Below, in pieces: positions 1-10,080 of a stretch of DNA of 64,000 nt. The number at the start of each line of letters is the position of its first letter. Position 1 is the first letter of the stretch. Source of the stretch: Paraphysomonas bandaiensis. Lineage: Eukaryota > Protista > Chrysophyceae. The position numbers were made by a program, and so were the translations under genes. Below the pieces are notes generated by a model. It worked only from the letters and a program-made list of their open reading frames with translations. It was not told the origin of the DNA and did no database searches. The stretch lies in assembly GCA_965644295.1 (NCBI GenBank), contig CBFFRP010000144.1:1-64000 (forward strand), given 5' to 3'.

Positions 1-974
1 GGGTGTTGGCTCATCTTCAATAAAACCGCAACAACACACCTACACTGAACCAACAAGCACAGTAATAACGGTATTATTATTAAAACACTTTTTTTCAAGT
101 TTAGACCTAAACTCCAGTTAGTGACTCCCGCGAAGAGCCACCGCGCAATATTATACCGCTGGCACCCAAGATCACTAGCACCAAGCTTTGGTCTAACTTA
201 AAACAAGTGATAAACACCACAGGAGCATATATGCACACACACACTCCTAACATGGTGCAACACACGCGTGGTGTCATCACACCACCACGGGTTGTATAAC
301 TCTTCAATCAAAACTGAAAAAATACACAGCAACCTGATAGGGAATGGCTCACCACCATATGCCGAGAAATTACCGTATACTACGTATCTATACCCTACCA
401 GAGACTGAAAACCCACTAATCCGAAATATGCATAAATACGGTACATATAGTACGTATAGTACGCATACCACACTGCAATCCAAACCCCAATAAGCCTTGC
501 GTGAACCTCAGTACTCTCAAGTGTATAATAGCGACTTCTCTCCTGTGATGGTCACATGCCCTACTTGTAGGTAGTAGGTAATGCTATGTATGTATGTATA
601 TGGAAGTATATGCTGCAACTGCTACACAGGAATACGGGCCCACATAACTTTGATATAAATTGCCTTGGTTTCACATCTGACCGAAGTCACACAGCAGATC
701 ATAGTCGTACATCATCAGCAGCAGATAAAAATTGGACATCATACCCGAACGTTGGCTCAATATGTAGGTACACTGTGGTACATTACCAATGTCCAAATGG
801 TGTTGCATAATAGTATCCTGAACACAATGAAGGTCCTAAAGCAATATATGGGTCCTGATATAGGGTCTTAAACCACAACATGGGGTCCTAAAAGTCAATG
901 TAACCATGCATGTGACTCAATAGCGTGATACTATAGCCACGTAGATAGGGCATGGGAAATGCCACGTGGTCACA
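1..974 (-). repeat. 3' LTR of element A (partial)
   Basis: Aligns by eye with 7492-8471, ends in GTGGTCACA, and is adjacent to the PPT. Confidence 0.93.
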
Positions 975-1150
975 CCTCCTCCCCGTTTTGGTTGTCTACA
1001 GAATAGCATGCCTCCGGTATTCACAAATGCCAACGGGACTAGGTGTTATGGCCGTCAAAACGAAAATCCCCGGAGAATTATAAGTTATAATAATGATTTG
1101 ATATGGAATGGAATTGAGAGAGCAATAAGAATAATGTGTCAGCGTGGAAC

Positions 1151-4100
1151 TTAATAAGACGCACGGACCTGAGGATATTTGTTGGCAAAAATCCTCGTCC
1201 ACGAGTACCATTGTGCTGAGCATTCACCTCGGAATGAACAAAGCAATGCACTGCGATAATTATCATAACGGTAGGTACGGAGAGTGAGAAGATCCTTCAC
1301 AGATAAAACTCGCTTAGAGCTCTTGTGATACCAGTGTGTGAACTGGATAGGAGCTACATAAGTAATGAGATGAGAATCTGGTAATTCCAACTCATCGTAC
1401 CAAGCATCACCATAAATTCGCAAATCAACATAGGCTAGATCACCAGGTTGAAACTGAGTGATCGGTTGCCTGCGGAAATCCGCGATGTATTTCTTTGCAT
1501 AGTCAGCAGTATAAATAAGATGGTAAAGATATCGTTTTCGAGAACAGAATTCAGCATAAGGAACGGAGATCAAAAATATCGCTTGCCGTAGGGACTTCTC
1601 GGACATCTCCATCTTGAAAACGCACAGTGAAAACCATGGTAGATCGAACCTCTCTATCACCACGGTAATAAAGGATTTCATCAATAACATGTTGATCCTG
1701 ATCCCGTTAAGCCATTTTATAAGCAGCATCAGAATCTCCCGGAAACAATTTAACATCAGCTCACGGAAACACGAACCACTTGCCCAGTGGCGAGATGTTG
1801 ACAGTCTACGTCATTCTTGTACTGGGACTTGACTGAGAAAGGTCCCATATACCGGTGAGACATCTTAGGATGAACCTTTGCCCCTTTGTCAAATAAGACA
1901 AAATCTCCCGGTTGATACCTATTCTGTCTATCGGGATGCACACCTGTTCCTGCCCTCTCCGTGGCTAACTTTTGCTGATAAGCTTTGGAAGCCTCTCGGA
2001 GTTGGGCTAACTGATCATTAAGCGCAGTGAGTCTAGCATGCGCCCGATCGGGAAGATCTTTGATATCCATGTTAAATAGTCAAGATCCTTTGAGCCAAAC
2101 GTCAACTCAAAAGGCGAAAATCACGTTTCCGAAGACACTTCAAGTTTGAAGATATTGAACACTTGCTAACCAACTAGGGTCCTCAAAGATGTCTTGTCGT
2201 TCCTCCCGTTCACTGTAATCATAGACCAGAGCACGTAGATGTCGAACTACTTCTCCAATAATTCTTTCACATCCATTTGCATGGCGATTGGCAATACTAA
2301 AAGTGTGCCGAACACCCATGTACTCCGTCAACTGTCTGAACAAATCGAAGTCAAATCCGGTCCTTGATCCGAGATTATTAGATCTGTGTGACCGTAATGA
2401 CTCCAGTATTTCCATATAGTATTTGCAAGATTAAGGAGCCGTCACACCTTTGACAGGTTCAAGGTACACAAACTTGGTGAAAAGATTGACCACCACGTTG
2501 ATATGTGTATATCCCTCTGCACCGTGAGGTGTAATCTCAACAGCATCTATACCAATCGCGCTACGAGCATTTGGGGGCTTGAGATTTCGTACGATCGGGA
2601 TAAGAGCCTCCTTCATAGCCAACCTCGTTTTCACACAATTTGGGCACTTAGAGATATAATCCTCAACAACCTTGTAAGGAATATTATGACCCGGGAACTC
2701 TTTGTTTAAGCGTATCCCGGTAGCCCTTCCCCCATGTGTCCAACTCGCGCGTTATGAACACTCACGCAACGCCGTCTCCGGTGATACATGAGATGTTGGA
2801 GGGTCCTCAATCTCTCGATCATCCGGGTTCATAAAGTTACCCAGAAAGTTAAAGTACTCATACTCATTGCAGTCATCCCCATGCAAATAGGCGTCGTCAT
2901 CATTCCTCCTCTGGGAATATTCCAGAGAGTATAGCAACCTGATGCTCTCTAGATAACCAGTCCGCCAACCAATTCTGGCACCAGATATATGACGAATGCT
3001 GAAGTTGAAAGACTGCAAGAATATCCTCCATCGTGTAATCTTTGGAACATCCGAAGATTCCATCCACAATAGATTGTTATGGTCGGTCTCAATTGTGGAA
3101 TTGCTTGCCTATTAAGTAATAAGCCAAGTGTTTAACACTGTAGAAAATTCCATATGCCTCTTGCTCTATAGTTGACCACTTCTGAGCTTGGGCAGAAAAG
3201 CTTTTGGAAATGAAAGCTATAGGCTGCCACTGTATGCTCCCATCCTCTAATATTTTCTTTTGCAATAACACTTGAACCTATTCCCAACTCACTAGCGTCA
3301 GTACGCAATGTCCACTCAAGATTATAATCCGGATAAAACAGCTCACAAGCGTCTTGTAGTCCGGCAATGAAACGACGATACTCTGCCTCGTAGTCATGCC
3401 GCCATGTGGACTTATCCCAATTGAAACTCGACTTTGTCATGTCAGTCAAGTGAGCAACTAAATCAGAGTATCTAGGCGTAAAACTAGAAAAGAATACCCC
3501 TTTACCCAGCAACGATCTGGCCTGTTTGGTGTTAGTAGGCATTGGAATCTTGCCGAGAGCCTCCTTCTTATCGGGATTAACCTCATATGACTTGTGACGG
3601 CAAACATATCCAAAGAAATCCACCTTTCTAAACCCCAACCAGCTTTTTGGCATCTTAAGTTTCACATTCCTTTCAATACATCTGTCAATGATCTTTTCGA
3701 ACTTCTCATAAGCATCCCTGGCATCATTAGCCAATATAAGCATGTTATCGAAAATGACTATGGCCCACTCAGAGAAATCATCGAATATTTCTCTCACAGT
3801 TTCCTGTAAAACACCCGTGGCCGGAGCAATACCCTCTGGCATGAAATTAGGAGCAAATTGCCCCCAAGGCGTCTGAATTTGATAGGCGCTCAGAAGTTTC
3901 ATCATCTAATGGAATTTGATGAAAAGCATTTGTTAAATCTATATCCATGTATAGCGGAAAGTTGATAATCTTGTCCAACTCATGCTTAACATTAGGGATC
4001 GTATAATTTCCCACTTCCATGTGCTTGTTAATTTGCACATAGTCACCACAAAAACGGATGTATGGAGGAGTGGCTTTGGGAGCAACCACTAGGCATGAAG

Positions 4101-5140
4101 CCCAAGGAGAACGACTCTTTCGGTAGAAATAGCCACACAGTCGCCGAAACTCCTTTTCCGAAGCTTCCCACAGCTTAGGATTGATCGGGCGAGCCTTTGG
4201 TTTCATTCGATCCGGGAGAGTGCTTTTCCATTTTAGAGACAAAGGGTCCACACCTCTCACACCGCTCCATTCGTCAGGCACAAACACTTTTTCAGCCTTC
4301 GTTGACAACAATTCCATAATCTTAGTTTCACTTTTCATTTCATCGCTGACATGAGTCTCTATCTGCTCATGATAGTCTTGGAGGGCTTCCTCCCTAGACT
4401 TTCCTAAGAATGTCAACGCATCCTTGAATTGAACCGGTAACTCAGTTTCCTCATCCTCTGGGGCAATAGCATCACTCGCTCTTGACCATGGGTGCACACG
4501 GTCATCAGAGTCAACCAGTGTCCCCTGCCAGAGATGACAACACATTCGAATTTTCATTATCGGAGACACCCTCGATTTGAGTGTCATGTGCCTCACGCAT
4601 AACAGCACACATGAAAGGATATAATTTTCCAGTCAGCGCAGGCAACCCCAAAATAATATCATTACTCGTCATATCAATCACAAAGAATTCACCCGTATAT
4701 TGATAGGTATGACTCTTCGGATCAGTCAGCACTAAATTTAATCTGACTCCTTCATTGAGATCCTTCACCGTTCTACTATCCGCCAATACCACACGGTGTT
4801 TAGCTTTATAAAAACAGCTCGGTTCTAGTTTGTTCCGCAATCTGTCCACCAAATCCCTCGACACATAATTGGCTGAGAGGGCTCCAGTGTCACACAATAT
4901 TTTTACTAACTCCTCTATTCCAAATTTTCTATCTAAAGTAATCCTTCCTATAGTGTGCGCTGAAGAGAAGCTCTTGGATGAAGGATAGCAGGCATACAGC
5001 TTAGCCTGATCCCCGATACAGACATTGGAGGAATTCGCAAACTCATTAAGATCATTAGAATGCACTGAACATTCATCATTCTCATCCCGAGTCTTTGAAT
5101 TGGAATCCTCCTTGTCTGTATCGTCACATCCACCGAACCA
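1151..5140 (-). pseudogene. pol: Frameshifted pol of element A (protease, RT, RNase H, integrase, chromodomain)
   Basis: PR LCDTGA; RT SPWAS..IRFCGDY..DIDLTNAFHQI..IFDN; RNase H LRTDASELGIG and WSTIEQEAY; IN HHCC region and IGIDAVE..ANGCER; chromodomain in an alternative frame (HVIDEILYYRGD..FTVRFQDG). Split by several 1-bp frameshifts. Confidence 0.9.
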
Positions 5141-6949
5141 TCAAGGGCGGGAATCACCGAAGTGATCCCTCCTCAAGATGGTCGGTTGTTTGTCCCTCTG
5201 CTCCGAGCTTCCCGCAGACTTAAGATACGCATCGATCTTGTCCCGCATTTCGGACGCAGAATCCAACAGACATTTCGCATTATGATTATATGGACAGTCT
5301 GTTTTGTCGCACTTGCCATACATGATTTTCCTAAGACACCCATACTTATCGGTCTTACTATTCTGAGCACCAGTTGGCCTACTATGCATGGCTGACAGAG
5401 ACCTATCAGAGTTAACACGACGCTCCCCATCAAGTGCTGCGTCATTACCCGACATTGGTTTCACATCTGTCATCATAGCGACTTGTTTATCGTCATGTAC
5501 CTCCAGATTACTGGACCGCCAAGTCTCACTCGGAGCATCCCACAAATCATCATCATTGGGTACATACCCATCATTATCATCCCACTCATCGTTATAGTTT
5601 CCTCCAGACTCATCGTAAGTATCTAGATGTGACACTTGCGAAACCCTTGGTTTAGAATCAACACGACTGTTCAACGAAGGTTTGTTGGACTGTTGAGAGA
5701 ATAGTTCCTTTCTCCTCTTAAGATAGTCCTCGTGCTTCTGTTGAAACATCGTAGTCGACTCCATAGGTAACTGTCGGTACGCGATGGTTACTTGATAATG
5801 ATCCAAGAGTACAGCCGAATACTCTTTGAAAAATTCGCTCATAGAGTCAAATTTATTAGTCGACATGCACCCCAACACATACTTAACATAGGTCCCGTCA
5901 TTCAAAGTCTTAAAGAGTCTTATCAATCCGTACTCTTTGTCATCGATACGAGGACACCATGTTTTGTTTGAGACCAACATGATAGACAACATCGTTTGGA
6001 ACGACTGCATCAAGTTCAATTGCTGATGATAGAATGCCTCAAAAGTCACAGCATTTACATACTTCCAGTCCATGATCTGGATATGTTTCAAGGAATCTCT
6101 GAGTTCATTATAAAATGCCACGCAATTGAACACCTTGGTCTCCTGAGCCACAATGAGAAGCAAATCCGAAACATCCATTTGTGCTAGCTGCGCATGTGTG
6201 ATGCTGTACACATTCCGCAGATGTGCCTTCAAACTGGTTGAAAGTACCTTTTGAATTCGCACCTCAGTTTCTTCTTGCTCTTGAAACTCTAAGATGTCTT
6301 TGATCGCCTTCGCCACTTTACCCAACTTAAAGTCATTGATGCGAACATGACACCTCCTTTCCTCTCTAGTTATGGTAACTGTTTTGGCACTAGCCACCTC
6401 AGAACTTTTCTTCAAATCCCTGAATAACTTGCCCGCTTTCTTGCCCTTAAAGATGTTATCCATGAGGGTAGGCACATCATTAACACCATCACCATCAACA
6501 TCGGGATTCGAACCATCGTCCTCCTTGTTGCTATCTTCCTCCTGAGGAATAATGCGAAACTTAGCCATGTTTTCCAGAGTGGAATACCTCGGCTGACGTT
6601 TGTGTTTCGACGTGCGCTTGGTAACCTTTTGCCGCTGATGTGAGCCCACAGAAGCCTGAGACTGACTGCTCTCACCATCCTCAACATTTTGTACTCTATC
6701 CTCCAATATTTGCATCCTGCTGCTGAGGTTAGACACTGCAGTAGCCACCTCTGTAAAAGACTGAGACATGGCACGAACTGTATCCAAAATCTCCTGGTTT
6801 GGATTGATGTTTGGAGCAGAAGACTCCTGAACAACATCCTGCACACCTCCAGCAGCGTCTTGTTTGGTTTCACCACTACCAGCGGCTTCCTGATCTTTCC
6901 CAGGAGTTTTCTTGCCGCCTCTCCTCGCTTTACCAGTCGGAGTAGACAT
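5141..6949 (-). CDS. gag: Gag-like protein of element A with a C-terminal CCCH zinc finger
   Basis: Intact ~600-aa ORF between the 5' LTR and the protease; motif CLRKIMYGKCDKTDCPYNH. Confidence 0.85.
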   Translation of the reverse strand: MSTPTGKARRGGKKTPGKDQEAAGSGETKQDAAGGVQDVVQESSAPNINPNQEILDTVRAMSQSFTEVATAVSNLSSRMQILEDRVQNVEDGESSQSQASVGSHQRQKVTKRTSKHKRQPRYSTLENMAKFRIIPQEEDSNKEDDGSNPDVDGDGVNDVPTLMDNIFKGKKAGKLFRDLKKSSEVASAKTVTITREERRCHVRINDFKLGKVAKAIKDILEFQEQEETEVRIQKVLSTSLKAHLRNVYSITHAQLAQMDVSDLLLIVAQETKVFNCVAFYNELRDSLKHIQIMDWKYVNAVTFEAFYHQQLNLMQSFQTMLSIMLVSNKTWCPRIDDKEYGLIRLFKTLNDGTYVKYVLGCMSTNKFDSMSEFFKEYSAVLLDHYQVTIAYRQLPMESTTMFQQKHEDYLKRRKELFSQQSNKPSLNSRVDSKPRVSQVSHLDTYDESGGNYNDEWDDNDGYVPNDDDLWDAPSETWRSSNLEVHDDKQVAMMTDVKPMSGNDAALDGERRVNSDRSLSAMHSRPTGAQNSKTDKYGCLRKIMYGKCDKTDCPYNHNAKCLLDSASEMRDKIDAYLKSAGSSEQRDKQPTILRRDHFGDSRP

Positions 6950-7407
6950 GGTTAATGAGAAGGACTTCCGCCTCAAAGACTATATCCACCAAACTTTTCC
7001 CTAACACACTGAGACAAGCAACCCTGGCAACTCCTAGAACCACTGACCCAGATCTCAACAACACACCAAGACAAATCCCAAAGACAACCCTGCGTAAGAA
7101 TCCAAAAACTCAACACTCAACACTCAACACTCAAACCCGTTGAACCCGTCGGATTTGTACAAGTGACAACAGTTAACACACAGGCGGTATCCACGGTCGA
7201 TTGACTTCGAAAAGAACCGAATTTCCTCAGTCACCACACTGTGTATCAAACAATCACCACTGAACAAAGAGCCTAGAGAACAACTACTGACAACTCACAC
7301 CCAGAGAGCAACAGACAACCAACAACCACAGGCAACCGAAGGCAACAGACAACAAACCCAAAGAATCAAGCCCAAAGAAGCGTGTCGCAGTTAGTTTCTT
7401 ATAAGAG

Positions 7408-8471
7408 TGTGAAACAACAGCGCAAAGACAGAAATTTCTGTACGAGCAGTAAAGTAAATATTTACTATAACAACACCCGGTTTGATAACCAGGGTGTTGG
7501 CTCGTAAACAATAAAACTACAACAACACCTACACTGAACCAACAAGCACAGTAATAACGGTATTATTATTAAAACACTTTTTTCCAAGTTTAGACCTAAA
7601 CTCAGTTAGTGACTCCCGCGAAGAGTCACCGCGCAATGGTATACCGCTGGCACCCAAGATCACTAGCACCAAGCTTTGGTCTAACTTAAAACAAGTGATA
7701 AACACCACAGGAGCATATATGCACACACACACACTCCTAACATGGTGCAACACACGTGGTGTCATCACACCACCACAGGTTGTGTAACTCTTCAATCAAA
7801 ACTGAAAAATACACAGCAACCTGATAGGGAATGGCTCACCACCATATGCCGAGAGTACACCGTATACTACGTATCTATACCCTACCAGAGACTGAAAACC
7901 CCATAATCCAGGAAATACATAAATACGGTACATATAGTACGTATAGTACGCATACCACATTGCAATCCAACCCCAATAAGCCTTGCATGAACACTCGTGC
8001 ACCTCAAGTGTATAATAGCGACTTCTCTCCTGTGATGGTCACATGTATTTGCCCCCCTATAGGGTAGTACGGGTAATACATGTATGTATGTATATGGAAG
8101 TATATACTGCAACTGCTACACAGGAATACGGGCCCACATAACTTTGATATAAATTTGCAGCAGGTTTCACATCGACCGAAGTCACCAGCAGCAGATCATA
8201 GTCGTACATCATCAGCAGCAGATAAAAATTGGACATCATACCCGAACGTTGGCTCAATATGTAGGTACACTGTGGTACATTACCAATGTCCAAATGGTGT
8301 TGCATAATATGTATCCTGAACACAATGAAGGTCCTAAAGCAATATATAGGGTCCTGATATAGGGTCTTAAACCAACATAGGGTCCTAAAAGTCAATGTAA
8401 CCATGCATGTGACTCAATAGCGTGATACTATAGCCACGTAGATAGGGCATGGGAAATGCCACGTGGTCACA
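7408..8471 (-). repeat. 5' LTR of element A
   Basis: Homologous to 1-974. The left boundary is inferred from TGTGA...TCACA inverted termini and cannot be confirmed within the window. Confidence 0.85.
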
Positions 8472-9762
8472 ACGTTTTATTAAGTGTTGTGTGTGTTGTC
8501 AAAAGATGTCAACTATTAAGCCGGCAGTGTGGGTTCGGCCTTTTACTCTATCTAAGTATTCCATGGGTGAGTGTATCTATATGGATTATATCGAGGGTTT
8601 GATTCCCGATGAGTATGGGTATACTAGCATTCTGGTGATGATTGATGCCTTTTCACGGTGGGCTGAGTTATTTCCTACCAAGGGTATCTCAGCAAAGGAC
8701 ACGGCACGAGCGTTGTTGCATTATTTTGGCCGATTTTCGTTGTGTTCGATTTGTAAGCTCACTTCAGATAAAGGGAGGGCCTTTATGTCCGATATTGTTC
8801 GGGAGGTGAGATCTTTGTTAGGGGTGGAGCACTCCTTTACAGTAGAGTATTCAAAGGAGGAGAATGGTATGGTTGAGAGGGAGAATAAGGAAATTCTCCG
8901 TCATCTGAGGAATATTATTTTCGAGAAAGTGGTCTTGAAAAATTGGTCTGATGTGCTGCCAATGGTGCAGCGGATTTTGAATGCGGCAATCCATGGGTCG
9001 ACAGGAGTGGCCCCAGCACAATTAGTATATGGAGATGCCATAAACCTAGATGCAGGCTTTATTTTAGATAGGAAGAATTTGTCTCCAAGGGAGGAGAAGG
9101 ATCTGTCCGAGTGGGTGGCAGATAGACTCGCAGCTCAGGAGAGGGTGCGAGTGTATGCTCGTCAGAATCTGGAGATTCGGGATCAACACCATATCGAGTC
9201 CAATATGCCCGAGGGTGTTTCGTCGTACCCGGTGGGGACATTTGTGCTAGTGGAACACAGGCATAACTCGTTACGGACAGGTCCAACGAGCAAGTTGTTG
9301 CCCTATTTGAAAGGGCCTATGGAGGTGGTTGGTGTGGAAGGACCAATTTACACCTTGAAAAATTTAGTGTCGAGAGGACAGGCACGGTATCATATATCTA
9401 AGCTGCGGCCTTTTTGTTTTGATCCGAGGGTGGATGATCCCGTACAAGTGGCATTACGGGATGACGTTGAGGGCACCAAGTTTGTGATGGAGAAGATTAC
9501 AAACATGAGGGGCGACCCTAAAGGTTCGCGGTGGGATTTGTTCTTTGAAGTATACTGGTCAAATTACGATGTTCCGACGTGGGAGTCGTGGAAGACAGTA
9601 CGAGGAACAGATGCGTTATTGAAGTACTTGAAGACGCACTCTAGTTATACAGTACGAGCCCTATTACCCAGGAGAGGGAAGAAGCGCTCCAGGTCTCCAG
9701 ACACGGCGGCAGAGGAAGTCATTTCAAGTGAGGATGAGTCGTCGCAACAGTCAGGAGTTTGA
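8472..9762 (+). CDS. Integrase-chromodomain end of pol of gypsy element B, 5' part displaced by insertion of A
   Basis: CC half of the HHCC finger (CVCCQK), rve core YMDYI..TSDKG..SKEENGMVERENKE, chromodomain VMEKI..FEVYWSNYDVPTWE. The ORF-track start at 8449 lies inside A's LTR. Confidence 0.92.
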
Positions 9763-10080
9763 TCTATGAGTTTTGACGGTTAGAATCCGCTCTGTCCAGG
9801 TGATGGACACCTATGAGAAGGTTCTCATACATCGCAGTTTAGTTGGAGTGATCAGTAGGATAGTAGGGGTGATTTTTGTGGGTGTTGTTTTTTGTTGCTA
9901 GATTGTGTCGTTTTTTTAGTTCATGTGCCACATTTTTTTTCCAAAAACGAAGAAAAAAGGGGAAGGGGTAGTGTGGCATGAAACTCCTAGTTTTAGGGCT
10001 GGGAGTTTCTTTCCTTCGGGAAACGTGGGGTTTCCCTTCAGGATACGGTAGTCTAGTGGCTGTAGTTTCATGCCAGACTA

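Larger units (their letters stand above)
1..8471 (-). mobile_element. Ty3/gypsy LTR retrotransposon (element A), chromodomain-bearing; 3' LTR truncated by the window edge
   Basis: Direct repeats at 1-974 and ~7492-8471. Minus-strand domain order is gag-PR-RT-RNaseH-IN. PPT (GGGGAGGAGG on minus, 975-984) abuts the left LTR. Confidence 0.95.

Noticed and set aside
7476-7491. PBS-like TGGTTATCAAACCGGG on the minus strand
   Set aside because: Both LTR copies share GGG beyond the putative TGTTG boundary, so the LTR appears to extend past it. The motif is part of a local hairpin.
8449-8471. ATG start giving a stand-alone integrase gene
   Set aside because: The ATG lies in A's LTR end, so the fusion is fortuitous and the HH half of the zinc finger is missing.
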